This document shows, piece after piece, positions 12,762 through 25,496 of a stretch of DNA of 64,000 bases. Position 1 is the first letter of the stretch. The number at the start of each line of letters is the position of its first letter. The notes under the pieces are model-generated. The model did no database searches and was not told the DNA's origin. It saw only the letters and a program-made list of their open reading frames with translations. Origin of the DNA: Octopus sinensis (Eukaryota); assembly GCF_006345805.1 (NCBI RefSeq), contig NC_043005.1, positions 76,012,001-76,076,000 on the forward strand, written 5' to 3'. The position numbers and the translations under genes are program-made.

Positions 12762-13308
12762 CTTCCGCATTCATGGTTCACCACTGATGTCTTCATCAAA
12801 AGTATTTCTCTTTCATCAGTAGTTGTCATTGTTGCTAGTACATTATTTTCATTTATGAAGTTAGACATGTAGAATAAAGAGTCTTGCTTAGGAGTGAAAA
12901 TAAAATTGTGAAACATAGGTGAAGTCATAAAGTAGGAGTTAATTTTGAGAAATGTATGCACCTAGACCTAACTGGCAAACTCCATTTTGTGAGTTCACAT
13001 TTGTCCTTGGGTTTACTTCACTTTCAAAGGGGAAAAAACCCCACTTTACACAACTTTGGGCAGAATTGAGGTTTAAGCGCCCCTATATAAACTCTCAAAA
13101 ACCTTTTAATTTAAAATAAAATTCACAAAACTTAAAAATTTATGTTCTACACACGCGAAAATTCATACGATTATGCAAATAAAATTTTAAAGGATTTCAA
13201 TGTGCTGAAAACGACAGTTAAATCTCCCTTAAATCACACACCGGGGAAAGCATGGATTCACATAAATTTTCTTGCTTAACTCATGTCTTTCTAAAATGAG
13301 AATGCACA

Positions 13309-13380
13309 TTCCCATGCCGGGAATCGAACCCGAGCCGCCTGGGTGAAAGCCAGGAATCCTAACCACTAGACCACATGGGA
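13309..13380 (-). tRNA. tRNA-Glu-TTC: tRNA-Glu(TTC), one T-stem T:G wobble
   Basis: Single substitution (TCGGG/CCCGG); paralog of 7426. Confidence 0.92.
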
Positions 13381-14093
13381 GTGCTGAATGCCTAACCTTC
13401 TAATATAGATATCTATTTGGTTTTCTGATCGTTATATCTTTATGAAAAGTGTATCACTTTTAACTGCAGTTGTCGTTGCTGTGACATTATCTTCAATTAC
13501 GAATTCAAACAAGTAGAATAAAAGTGTCTTCTCTAGAAACAAACAGGAAAACGTACAGCATGTATAACGTCATAAACTATGAATAAATAATGAGGAGTGA
13601 ATCTATCAAATTGTCTGAGATTATGCATTCATCTGTTTCGTATCTGACATTTTAATGTGCCTTAAAATAACAATAATCCTTTCTACTATAGGCACAAAAG
13701 CCTACATCGACCCCGAGACGGATAAGAAGTAAAGTCAACATCAGTGGAATTTGAACCATCCTCCGTGCTGACGATTCTGCTAGCTGAACCACCTTTAAAA
13801 ATAATCATTCTTTCTACAATATGAACAAAGCCTGAAATTTTGAGGGATTAAATCGTCGGATCTTTTCTGTTTGGATCACACTTTTAAATTCCTTTCATTT
13901 TGCTTCAATTGATTTCAAATTTGGTGTATTGGTGTAGTTTTGTATGCTAATTATGTAAATGAAATTCATTTTCCCCCATGAATTAATAAATGAAAGTTGG
14001 CAAATTTTAGGAAATTTTAGCCAATCGAAAGCCACAGACATATTAGTACCTGCTTCTATAACAGCCAAGGTATAGTCTGCTAACCGGGGAAGG

Positions 14094-14445
14094 GTGCTAC
14101 CTGATCAGTGGATGTTCGGGGGAGTGTGTCGCGAGACCAGACATGATTTTACTTTATGTGGTGCCATGTCGGATCGCGATACACTGGAGGAATGCATATA
14201 TCAGTTGATTCTTCCAAGAATTACAATTTTCAGTGACTTGGGGGGGGGGGGCAAGGAGAGTTATAACTTTCGACATAGAACAGTGGACTACAGCGCTGAG
14301 TTTATTAACTCGAAAGATGGTTCCCACACATGGTTCTCTGTAAAACGAAGTAACAAACGATGCAGTCGTATATCTTTGCGAGTTTATGTGACGCATGAGG
14401 TACGAAAATTGTAATTTGTTTGACAAACTCCTAGAGTGCATCGCA
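14094..14445 (+). mobile_element. Merlin/IS1595-like DDE transposase relic (copy 3)
   Basis: ORF 14094-14414: WMFGGVCRETR..SDRDTLEECIYQLILPRITIFSD..HRTVD..FINSKDGSHT. Confidence 0.85.
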
Positions 14446-14513
14446 CTTTCGTTTTTGAATTTTTCTCTATAAAAATATGTATTAACTATTTATATGAACT
14501 AAACTACTCTTTC

Positions 14514-14932
14514 CCTCTTTTACTTGTTTCAGTCATTTGACTGTGGCCATGCTGGAGCACCGCCTTTTGTCGAGCAAATCGACGCCAGGACTTATTCTTT
14601 GTAAGCCTAGTACTTATTCTATCGGTCTCTTTTGCAGAACCGCTAAGTTACGGGGACGTAAACACACCAGCATCGGTTGTCAAGCGATGTTGGGGGGAGG
14701 GGGACAAACACAGACACACAGACATATACACACACACAAATATACATACACACACACACACATATATATATACGACAGGCTTCTTTCAGTTTCCGTCTAC
14801 CAAATCCACTCACAAGGCTTTAGTCGGCCCGAGGCTATAGTAGAAGACACTTGCCCAAGGTGTCACGCAGTGGGAATGAACCCGGAACCATGAGGTTGGT
14901 AAACAAGCTACTTACTACGCAGATACTCCTGC
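14514..14932 (-). mobile_element. tRNA-derived SINE family A, full length
   Basis: Head with A/B boxes, CCTTGGGCAAG core, internal (TA)/(TG)n, tail GAAACAAGTAAAAGAG. Confidence 0.9.
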
Positions 14933-15202
14933 TTTGTTTTTGTAATTTAACGTTCCGCTTGTTTTCTTCGTAATTTATCATTTATTTTTTTTCTTTTTCA
15001 ATTTTCCGAAAAAAAAATTCATTGAAGATTTTTCTTTTTTTTTATTTATACTATTTACATCCCTGTTCCAACATTTCTCATGACTTTATTCATAAAAACT
15101 TATCAAAACTTCCGTCGTTGAATGTATTATCATCATGCACAAAATGTCAGCTTGTAAATCTTGTTTTCTGATTGGACAAAAATAAACAAACTCTAAACCT
15201 CT

Positions 15203-15469
15203 ATAATATAAAGTATAGAAGCCATCTTATCATGGCTAACCACATTGGGGAGGGGGTGTTACTGTAGCTTTATAGCTCCAAGAGATCTTCGTCTCTAGCT
15301 GGCTTTAGACACAATATCTGTGTCCTTGGAGTATTTGCAAAGGGAGGCCACAGATATTGTGTCTAAAGCCATCTAGAGACGAAGATCTCTTGGGGTTATA
15401 AAGCTACAATAACGCCCCCCTCCCCAATGTGGTTAGCCATGATAAGATGGCTTCTATACTTTACATTAT
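15203..15469. repeat. Palindrome, ~120-bp arms
   Basis: Arms ~15203-15322 and ~15349-15469 are reverse complements with few mismatches. Confidence 0.92.
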
Positions 15470-15833
15470 CGAGCGATTACTGTTTCAATCTCATTCTGAG
15501 ATTTAATTATGCAAACCTCTATATTTTTCGAAAATTTTTCTGGAACAAGAGAATAACATCAGCTAAATCGTAAAAAATTATATCAATATAACACATTTGA
15601 AAATTTTTCCATAACTAAAAATTTCAAAAACTGTGAGCGAAACAGAAAAGATCCACTTGTTTTTCTATTCTGTGTTTGTTTTGTTCATTTCAAGATGATA
15701 ACCTTTAGAGGAAATAGAAAAGTCCGAGTGTTTAATAAATTTACCGCTGTTTGAGATTTTAGAAAGAGAGGGGGGAGGGAGAGAGAGATCGAGACACAGA
15801 GAGACAGAGACAGACAAAGAGCTTTTGCTTTTT

Positions 15834-16197
15834 CTTTTACTCTTTTATTCTTTTACTTGTTTCAGTCATTTGAGTGCGGCCATGCTGGAGCACCACCTTT
15901 AGTCGAGCAAATCGACCCCAGGACTTATTTTTTGTAAGCCTAGTACTTATTCTATCGGTTTAATTTTGCCGAACCGCTAAGTTACGGGGACGTAAACACA
16001 CCAGCATCGGTTGTCAAGCGATGTTGGGGGAGGTCAAACACAGACACACACACTTACACACACATACGCACGCACGGGCTTCTTTTAGTTTCCGTCTACC
16101 AAATCCACTCGCAAGGCTTTGGTCGGCTCGAGGCTATAGTAGAAGACATTTGCCCAAGGTGCCACGCTGTGGGACTGAATCCGAAACCATGTGGTTG
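15834..16197 (-). mobile_element. SINE family A
   Basis: Matches family A. Confidence 0.88.
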
Positions 16198-16422
16198 GTC
16201 AAAATTTCTTTTCATATTCTATATGCTCTATATGCAAACAAGGCAGGTCTGGTCTCTCACACTTACCCTACAATGCCATTCTAAAACTAAACACTCACAG
16301 CATCGAAATTGTGAAAGTCACAAGATAATGCAGGATTAATTTAAAACAACATGAATAAATAAGGTAAAGTAATCTGAACGTTGGATCGAATCTTCATTAT
16401 TTACTGATTGTTTATGGCTTTA

Positions 16423-16694
16423 GGCATTCTTTCGGTATAACTCGACAAAATCAAAACACTTCACTTCGAGTATTTCCGTGGAAGCAAATGATAGTTCGAT
16501 TCTGTTTTCTGCTTGGAAATTGCGGATTTTACATACACACATGAAACAGGTAAAACAAAATATGCAAGGCTTTTTTTCTTCAAGTTTAAAATGAGACATT
16601 GCTGGCATAATTTCGTTATATCTGTACTCCACAACCCACGGAAATACTCGAAGTGGAATGTTTTGATTTGGTCGAGTTATATCGAAAGAATGCC
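16423..16694. mobile_element. MITE with ~60-bp TIR and 8-bp TSD (Merlin-like), copy 1
   Basis: GGCATTCTTTCGGTATAACTCGAC.. / ..GTCGAGTTATATCGAAAGAATGCC; TSD TGGCTTTA on both sides. Confidence 0.85.
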
Positions 16695-16877
16695 TGGCTT
16701 TAAATATGTTCCATAATTATAGTTATGCTACTGAACCACACACTTTACACTAACTGCTTCTCTAAGTACTTCTCTGGGCGAATGACTATCATGTAACAGC
16801 AGTCAGCGAAACAAGGTCACCGATGAAAGAAATACATTTATGATAAAGTTATAACTATTACACCACGAAAGCAGCAC

Positions 16878-16949
16878 TCCCATGTGGTCTAGTGGTTAGG
16901 ATTCCTGGCTTTCACCCAGGCGGCCCGGGTTCGATTCCCGGCATGGGAA
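16878..16949 (+). tRNA. tRNA-Glu-TTC: tRNA-Glu(TTC), consensus copy, inverted relative to neighbours
   Basis: Consensus; upstream TGATAAAGTTATAA...AAGCAGCAC resembles flank of 1051 copy; T-runs follow. Confidence 0.97.
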
Positions 16950-17104
16950 CGCTATGTTTTTGGTTCTTTTTTTTTATTTTTTAAAGTAAAATTCGAAGTC
17001 TTTTAATAGATATATTTTCAGCGCTTTCATGCACGACTTTTTTTAATATATATATTTTTATATGTACAGTTCCTACATTCGCTTCTGTTCTTGGGAATCG
17101 TACA

Positions 17105-17520
17105 GGCGCAGGTGTGGATGTGTGGTAAGAAGCTTGCTTCCCAACCACATGGTTCCGGGTTCAGTCTCACTGCGTGGCACCTTGGGCAAGTGTCTTCTCC
17201 TATAGCCTTACACCGACAAAAGCCTTGGGAGTAGATTTGCTAAATGGAAACTGAAAGAAGCCTGTCGTATATATATATGTATATATGTATCTATATATTT
17301 ATGTGTGTGTTTGTGTGTTTTTCCCGCCGCCATTGCTTGACAACCTATACCGAGTGTTTGTGCCCCCGTAACTTAGCGGTTTGGCAAAAGGGTCCGATAG
17401 ATTAAGTACTAAGCTTAAGAAAATAAGTCCTGGGATCGATTTGTTCGACTAAAACACTTCAAGGCGGTGCTCCAGAATGGCCGCAGTCAAATGACTGAAA
17501 CTAGTAAAAGACTAAAAGAA
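17105..17520 (+). mobile_element. tRNA-derived SINE family A, full length
   Basis: GGCGCAGGTGTGG..GTTCAGTCTC..CCTTGGGCAAG..GACTGAAACTAGTAAAAGA. Confidence 0.9.
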
Positions 17521-18031
17521 AAATGAATGGGTTTCTATATTTTTGTTACTTGCTTTCTGGCCGCCGATTAAAGCAAACCTCCGATCAAAGGCGTTCCAGC
17601 CATGACCATCCAGTACTTTTTCATATTATGGGCTACTTTTTCCAACTTGTGCAGCCATTTTTAAGACGGTATAGTTTGATTTGAAGGGTATTTAGCTGCT
17701 GTTACTAGCCAGACAAGTGACCTCATTGTGACATCGATGCGCAACCCTAGAGCAACACTGTGGCCATTCCATCCTTTTAGGGATATATAATACTTCGTGG
17801 ACCAAATGTGTCCCATCTTTTCCAAAGGAGTTAGGGTATCATCAATGGTGTTGTGTGGGGTCTGCGGGGAAGGGAGCATGCGGACTACACAGGGTGGGCT
17901 CTTTAGAAGTAGGGTATACATATTTTGAAAGAGGGCGACCAATTTTGCTTCCGCACAAGGCAGCCAAGACCCACGCTATGCCTGCTCGTTGCATATCATA
18001 CATACATGCATATATGTATTGGGTTCTATAT

Positions 18032-18068
<37 letters not shown>

Positions 18069-18195
18069 CACCGTGATCACCGTGACCGACCAGGCTATCA
18101 GATGTTACTACATATCGCTGGTCACAATGCGCTTCACATTGTTTTAGCCTTCAAATGACGCCACCCCGCTGGCTAAACGAGCAGGCCAACAGAAG

Positions 18196-18196
<1 letters not shown>

Positions 18197-18260
<64 letters not shown>
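18197..18260. repeat. (TAA)n microsatellite
   Basis: Directly visible. Confidence 0.97.
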
Positions 18261-19050
18261 TTCATTTATTTGCCATCAGGGTGAATGATGAGGGGGACAA
18301 TACAGAGACAGACACAAAGTTTGAGGATTTACATATAATGAAATATGATAAAATTATTAAATAAGTAAAAAAAAGTAAGTATACACGGTATCCGATGAGA
18401 ATGAAGGGAAATACACACAGTATGCAAAGGTTAAAAAAATACAGGGATGACAGAGACGTGGCTCTTCTGAGACAAGATGACCTCTTAGGATAATCGAAGA
18501 ACCCCACTGTTCAAGAATTCCTTGAACACCAAGAGCAAATGCCCTCTCCAGTTCTCTTTCTCTGACTCACAGGTCTACACTTAGAGAGGTACCATCCACT
18601 CACGTAATTTTCAAAACTCACACTCATCTTTCAATAAACCCACTCGAGGATAGCACTTCCCTCTCCACCCTCAATTTTCTTTGCAAGTAAAACTTTAAGA
18701 AGTCAATGTAGGAAATGTATGTGCCCTCATGCCTTTCAGTCTTGACCACCAAACAACCTCTTTCGTCACCCCGAGAACGTCGTCGCACTTCCCCGTCACT
18801 AATCGTCTATAAATTTCTAAAGCGGAACATCTACCGATCCCATTAGCCGACTGGTAGAGCACCTGACGACGTTCTAGGTGCCTGGTGCCCAGTCTCGGTC
18901 TTTTTTCACCCAGGATTTTAGCTCCGTCAAGGAGCTATGGAAAGAAGAATCTCGCAAACAGTGCCCACACACGCTCACCACCCAGAAATCGTTGCAGGTG
19001 GCGTAATCTGAGAGCGTGTCCGCGCATTAGGAGCTACGGCCTCTAATTTT
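18261..19050 (-). mobile_element. Tx1/L1-like LINE 3' fragment, internally deleted, with (ATT)n tail
   Basis: IYRRLVTGKCDDVLG|VTKEVVWWSRLKG..FLKFYLQRKLRVEREVLS with stops; AATAAA then (ATT)n on - strand. Confidence 0.7.
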
Positions 19051-19314
19051 GGCTAAAGGCCAGCAATTTTAGGGGGAGGGGGTTGGTCAATTATATATAC
19101 CCTAATATTTAAGAATCGAGAAGATTAACATCTTGTTAATTGTTTTCTAATACATACCTGTTATGTAAGAAATAAAAGATATGACAAACTGAGAAAGAGA
19201 ACAATGGTTTGATTAAGGTTAATCGAAGGAGAACGAATAGACTGGTGGCGTTGATGGAGATGATATCAAACTTAAATGAAGAATATTACATTAAAAGGTC
19301 ACTTTACTGTAGAA

Positions 19315-19375
19315 GTAACCGCGAATCGAACCCAAGCTTCCAGATCGTAATGATAACCACAAAAATCATACGTGA
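19315..19375 (-). pseudogene. Heavily decayed tRNA-Glu relic
   Basis: GAATCGAACCC at the same unit position as the 660 relic. Confidence 0.55.
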
Positions 19376-19613
19376 ACAATGAGTGTTGCATGCAATAGTC
19401 ATGGCTTTATCAAAGATATGTGACTAAGTGATACAAAATTATCTGTTTAAAAGTTAATTCATAATATCTGAAAATTAACTCCTTCTCTTTGAGAGTCACA
19501 ATCACCACTAGAAAGAATCTTACTTTTCTTGTAGCACGAGCTTTAAGTTAAATCCAACAAATTTGTTAGGCTATTATATTTAAGTAAGGAAATAAAAAGA
19601 AAAACGATAAGCG

Positions 19614-19685
19614 TTCCCATGCCGGGAATCGAACCCGGGCCGCCTGGGTGAAAGCCAGGAATCCTAACCACTAGACCACATGGGA
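19614..19685 (-). tRNA. tRNA-Glu-TTC: tRNA-Glu(TTC), consensus copy
   Basis: Identical to consensus. Confidence 0.97.
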
Positions 19686-19815
19686 TTGCTGTTTACGCCC
19701 TGTCATAGTTATACATTTATCAAAACTATATATCTTTCAATGATCGTTGATATTGTTGCCGACTGTTGTTATATAAGGAATAAAAGATATGACAAACAAA
19801 GAGAGAGAGGGAGAG

Positions 19816-19848
<33 letters not shown>

Positions 19849-19949
19849 TGAGATAACTATATTTTGGTTAAAGGAGAACGAATAGACTAGTGGTGCTGAT
19901 AGAGTGGATGTGAAACTTAAAAGAAATATCTTGTATTAAAAGGTCACTT

Positions 19950-20106
19950 TACTGCGGAAAGCGCCGTGAACCGAACCCGAGATGTCTGAGAGACATCTTA
20001 CGAATCATAACCTCATGGTGACACTAAGTGCTGCATCAACCGAACCCGGGATGCCTGAGAGACATCTAACGAGTCATAACCACATGAGAACATTAAGTGC
20101 TGCAAC
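19950..20106 (-). pseudogene. Decayed tRNA-Glu relic with internal ~69-bp tandem duplication
   Basis: AACCGAACCCG..GAGAGACATCT..CATAACC.CATG occurs twice. Confidence 0.6.
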
Positions 20107-20388
20107 CAGTTGTTATGTCTTTATCAAACATTTACTCGAATAAGTAATAAAAAGACACGGTAGAAATAATTTTTTTTAATCAATTCGTAATTTCTTCAAA
20201 TTCTCTCTCACTTTGTGTCACAATCAGCGCTAGGATTTCATTTTCTGACCCAAGATGTTGAGCTTTTATTTATCTAACAATTTTACTTTTATTGTAGTGT
20301 TAACTTAGGAAAATAAGTTCAATCACGAATCGATTCAAATAATTTTTCTTAGCCATTTTATTCAAGTGAGGAAAAATAAAAATAAGCG

Positions 20389-20460
20389 TTCCCATGCCGG
20401 GAATCGAACCCGGGCCGCCTGGGTGAAAGCCAGGAATCCTAACCACTAGACCACATGGGA
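20389..20460 (-). tRNA. tRNA-Glu-TTC: tRNA-Glu(TTC), consensus copy
   Basis: Identical to consensus. Confidence 0.97.
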
Positions 20461-20590
20461 TTGCTAGTTGCAACACTTCATAGTTATACCTTTATCAAAT
20501 GTATATCTTTCTGCTCGGTATTTGTCATGACTGCTGATTGTTGTGATATTCATTGTCGAATGTGTGGTTCAGTAGCATATTTTAAAGTGT

Positions 20591-20883
20591 GGAAGCACAT
20601 GGCATAGTGGTTAGAGCAGCGAACTCGCGGTCGAGGGATCACGAGTTCGAATCTCAGACCGGGCGTTGTGTGTGTTTATGAGCAAAATCACCTAAGCTCC
20701 ATGCGGCTCCACCAGAAGGTAGTGGCAAACTTCTGCTGACTCTTTCGCCACAACTTTCTCTTACTCTTTCCTCCTGTGCTGTAAGTACTAGGCTTACAAA
20801 GAATAAGTCCTGGGATCGATTTGCTCGGCCAAAGGCGGTATTCCAGCATGGCCGCTGTCAAATGGCTGAAACAAGTAAAAGAA
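20591..20883 (+). mobile_element. Chimeric SINE: family B head with family A tail
   Basis: B head to ~20780, then GTAAGTACTAGGCTTACAAAG..GAAACAAGTAAAA. Confidence 0.8.
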
Positions 20884-20994
20884 AAAAAAAAGAAAACTAA
20901 ATATAAGGCCGTAAGCAGTGTGTCACAATTCATGCATGAATGGAAATAATCTGCAACTAAAATAGTTATTGAGAAAGAGAAATACATTGCTTAG

Positions 20995-21066
20995 ATACAT
21001 GGTGTCTAGTGTTTAGGATTTCTGGCTTTCAACCAGATATACTGAGTTCGATTCCAGGCATGAGAA
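20995..21066 (+). pseudogene. Decayed tRNA-Glu(TTC) relic
   Basis: GTCTAGTGTTTAGGATTTCTGGCTTTCAACCAG..GTTCGATTCCAGGCATGAGAA. Confidence 0.8.
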
Positions 21067-21884
21067 TATGATGCATCTTTTTTTTTTTTGTTCGTCCATT
21101 CAAACTGAAAGCTCCGAAATATCTCGTCTGTCCTGCTTTTAATTTGTGTTAGATATAGTTCTGTACCCTACCTATAAACTCCTGGATATGTTCAGCATTC
21201 TGGCCACTAACATAAGTAGGGGTATTTGGGCAGAGACTGTACGGGATCAGTGATGTCGGAGGTGCAGAGGCTACAGTAGAATCAGCAGAAAAGACAGCAT
21301 GAAGAGATAGTACTTCTGTGGCGTAGAGGATGAAATATGAGTAGAGTTCTTCTCAACGCCCATCGGTCAGGCGGTGTCATTTGGGGTAAGTTCTATAATG
21401 ACTGTGTGTACAGCAGCAGCAGCAGCAGCAGCCGTTGAAGAATTTGGACCTGGAGATCTCCGTTTCCAGCGACTTCGAGGGTCACCTCCCAGTGGTGTCG
21501 GGCGTCAACGAAGAGCCCTCGACTACAACAAGATGACCAAAGTTTTTTTTTCCAAGGTCTGGGGTCTCCCGCCCCTAAGCCCTAGACCATTACCTAAACA
21601 CCCTTACCCGTCTTGTTGCTTAACAACAACAACAACAACAGCAGCAGCAGCAGCAACATTCCACTTGTGAAAGCTGTTCACCATTTTGGGTGGGGTTTTC
21701 TGGAGCCTACGGAAGAGAATCTGCATTGTCATTTGACCTACTGTATACTGCACCTAAATTTTCCTCTAGTCAAACCTGGCCGTTTTAAAAATGAAAGGAA
21801 TGGATAATGTAGTCCAAATTAAGTCTAAAAAATAACTTCTTAACACATTTCCGAATCCATTTTTATGATTTACAAAAATACACT

Positions 21885-21956
21885 TTCCCACGCCGGGAAT
21901 CGAACCCGGGCCGCCTGGGTGAAAGCCAGGAATCCTAACCACTAGACCACATGGGA
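21885..21956 (-). tRNA. tRNA-Glu-TTC: tRNA-Glu(TTC), acceptor-stem T:G wobble variant
   Basis: 3' acceptor strand CGTGGGA; otherwise consensus. Confidence 0.92.
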
Positions 21957-23334
21957 CAGATGATTCTCATTTTCACTAATTATGTCTTCATCAAAAGTAT
22001 ATATTTTTCATCAACGATTGTCATTGTTGCGAGTTGCTGTTACATTATTTTCATTTATGAAGTTAGGCATGTAGAATAAAGGGTCTTGCTTAGAAGGGAA
22101 AACAAAACTGTGAAACTTAGCTGAAGTCATAAACTACGAGTTAATGTTGAGAAATTGATTGGATAAAAACAAAAGAAATGTCTGAAATACTTTTGCCATT
22201 CAAGCGTTCCGAATCCGATAAATTATAATATCTACAGTGAAATAAATAAGAAATCCAGTCAACAAAAGTCTGTCTGTCTGACAGTTTGTTTGTTTGTATT
22301 TCTCTCTCTCCCCCTCTCTCCCCCTCTCTCTTTCACGACGAAAATCTCAAGCAAATATAAACTTATTAAATATTCACATTTCTCTATATCCTCCATAGAT
22401 TATAAATAAAATCCGTGCGTCTGGAAATAAGCAACGCTAACACAAAATAGAAAAGCATGTTAAGTAGAAGATGAAAAAACAAAACAAAACAAAAGACAGC
22501 TCTTCCCCACCCACCAAAAACAACTTAATGTGTCTCCATGGCTCCATCTTGTGTGGACTGATTCATGGCCGGGATAAGACCCAAATAGGTCCTAAGCACT
22601 TAAAAGGATTCTAGAGTCATTATATATATGTAATTCAAAATATAAGCGATAATAAATTATGAAATATATTTTCATTTTTAAAAATGAAACAAAACTGATG
22701 AATTTTTTGTGGGAGTGGCTAGTCAATTACATCGACCCCGAAATGATGAAAGACAAAATCGATCCCGAAGGAATTTGAACCCCGAATGTGTAGACGGACG
22801 AAATGTTAGAAAGCATTTGTCCGGCGAGTTGACGATTCTAACAGCTCCCGCCTTTAAAATAATAATCTTCTCTACTATAGGAACAAGGTCTGAAATTTTG
22901 TTGGGGTAGGACAGTCAATTACATCGACCCCTGTGATCGACTGATACTTCTTTCATCGACCCCGAAAGGATAAAAGGTAAAGTCGACCTCAGTGCCATTT
23001 GAACTCAGAATATAAAAACATGAAATACTGCAAAGCATTTTGTCAGAAGAACTGACGATTCTGCTAGCTATCCGCCTTTAATATAATAATACGAATCTCT
23101 AAATTTGGCCCAAGGCCGGCGATTTTAAGGGGTGGGGTTATCAATTACATCGGTCCTAGTATTTGAGAATCCGGAACAAACTTTTTAATAATTTCCTAAT
23201 ACATACCTGCTATATAAGTAATAAGATATGACAAATTAAGAGAGAGGGGGAAAACAATATTTTGATTAAGAGTAATCAACGGTGAACGAGTAGACTGGTG
23301 GCGAATGCTGCATTAAAATACAGTTTTCTGCGGA

Positions 23335-23385
23335 AATTGCCGAAACCGAACACGGGATCTAACGAATCATAAATCCATGTTGGAA
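23335..23385 (-). pseudogene. Truncated tRNA-Glu relic
   Basis: AACCGAACACGGG at the homologous unit position. Confidence 0.5.
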
Positions 23386-23680
23386 GCAGCAGCTATGTCT
23401 CTATCAAACTTTCTCTTGAATAAGTGATAAAAAGTGGTCGTGTAATAATTTTTTAAAGTTAATTCGTAATTACTTGAAATAATCTCTTTTTCTTTGTGTC
23501 ACAATCACCGCTAGGATTTCGTTTTCTTCGTCCAAATGGTAAATTTTAATTATTTAAGAATTTTACCTTTAATGTCGCATGAACTTAGGCAAATAAGTTA
23601 CATTCACGAAGTGATTTAAACAAATTTCTTACGCCATTTTATTTAAATGAATATAAATAAATAAATAAAAATAATAAGCG

Positions 23681-23752
23681 TTCCCATGCAGGGAATCGAA
23701 CCCGGGCCGCCTGGGTGAAAGCCAGGAATCCTAACCACTAGACCACATGGGA
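23681..23752 (-). tRNA. tRNA-Glu-TTC: tRNA-Glu(TTC), one T-stem mismatch
   Basis: T-stem 3' strand CCCTG instead of CCCGG. Confidence 0.8.
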
Positions 23753-24127
23753 GTGCTGGCTGTTAGTTCTAGTTCTCATAGTTATAGTTTCATCGGTATT
23801 TGTCACTGTTGCTGCCTGATGTTACGCGATGTTCATTCATTGAGGTTTTTAGAGTAAAGTGTGTGATTCAGTAGCAAAACTATAATTATGCAACATATCT
23901 AAAGTCACAAACAACCAGTAAATGTTGAGGATGGCATCCATCAAAGAGTCTGGAATTCCTAACCTCTTCATCAGTTCCGAATTTGACATTGTATTCACTT
24001 TAAACTGAAACCTCTCTCTCTGTCTGTCTGTCTGTCTCTCTCGTTTTGTCTCTTTCATCCTCTCTCTCCCTCCTTCGCTTTCCCCCCTGTCCCTCTCTCG
24101 CGATGAAAATAAACTTATTGAAGTCTT

Positions 24128-24497
24128 TTGTTCTTTCATTTGTTTCAGTCATTTGACTGCAGCCATGCTGGAGCACCACCTTTAGTCAAACAAATCTCAA
24201 CCTCAGGACTTATTCTTTGTAAGCCTAGTACTTATTCTATAGGTCTCTTTTGCCGAACCGCTAAGTTACAGAGGCGTAAACACACCCGCATGGGTTGTCA
24301 AACGATGTTGGGGAACAAACACACAAACACACACGCACACACAAATATATATACGACAGGCTTCTTTCAGTTTCCGTCTACCAAGTCCACTCACAAGGCT
24401 TTGGTCGGCCCGAGGCTATAGTAGAAGACACTTGCCCAAGGTGTCACGCAGTGGGACTGAACCCGTAACCATGTGGTTCGTAAGCAAGCTACTGGCT
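24128..24497 (-). mobile_element. SINE family A
   Basis: Matches family A. Confidence 0.88.
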
Positions 24498-25079
24498 CCC
24501 CACCACCAAAAACAAAACTTAATGTGTCCACATGGCTCCATCTTGTGTGAACCTGAAATCCTAATTCAGGGTCGGGATAAGACCCAAATAGGCCCTAAAC
24601 ACTTAAAGGTTTCTGGAGCCATTATATATATATGTAATTCAAAATATAAAAAATAATAAATCATTAAATGTATTTTTATTTTCCAAAACGAATGAAGACT
24701 GACATATCTTTTGTTGGGTGGCTAGTCGATTACATCGACTCCGAAACAAGGAACAGCAAAGTCGGCCTCAACGGAATTAGAACCTAGAACGTATAGACGG
24801 ACGAAACGCTACAAAGCAATTTTGTTCGGCATGCTGACGATTTGGCCATCTCACCGTCATTTAAAATGCTAATAATCTTTTCCATCTATAGGCACATGTC
24901 TGAAATTTTGGCTAGAGGGAGAGTCAACGACATCGACCCCAGTAATCAACTGGAAATCATTTTATTGACTCCGATGGAATTTGAACCCAGGACGTGTGGA
25001 CGGAATGTTGAATCCAGAACATAAAAATAGACGAAATGCTGCAAAGGATTTTGTCCGGAGTGTTGACGATTCTTTTCTA

Positions 25080-25496
25080 CTTTAGGCACAAGGCCCGAAA
25101 TTTTGGGGGAGGGGGCAAAAGGAAAAACAAATCCGCGAGCGAGCGCGGAAGGCACGTGAGACCTCACTACGCAACTGGTACTTAATTTATCGACCTCGAA
25201 AGAATGAAAGGCAAATTCGACCTCGGAGGAATTTGAACTCAGAACGTAACGGCAGACAAAATACCTATTTCTTTACTACCCTCAGGGGGCTAAACACAGA
25301 GAGGACAAACAAGGAAAGACAAACGGATTAAGTCGATTAGATCGACCCCAGTGCGTAACTGGTACTTAATTTATCGACCCCGAAAGGATAAAAGGCAAAT
25401 TCGACCTCGGCGGAATTTGAACTCAGAACGTAGCGGCAGACGAAATACCGCTAAGCATTTCGCCCGGCGTGCTAACGTTTCTGCCAGCTCACCGCC
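25080..25496 (-). mobile_element. SINE family C dimer (more fragments at 24720-25080 and 25510-25630)
   Basis: Same head and internal restart as the 45283 trimer. Confidence 0.82.

Larger units (their letters stand above)
1..14480 (+). repeat. Tandem segmental duplication (unit ~8.4 kb, second copy ~5.8 kb)
   Basis: 1-3640 matches 8387-12060; 6270-8640 matches 12085-14480; unit boundaries fall in Merlin relics. Confidence 0.9.

Noticed and set aside
14537-14893. Recurring ORFs such as STPGLILCKPSTYSIGLF and ASFSFRLPNPL
   Set aside because: Chance reading frames through SINE family A copies
17661-17942. 93-aa ORF
   Set aside because: No recognisable domain; it sits among repeat fragments
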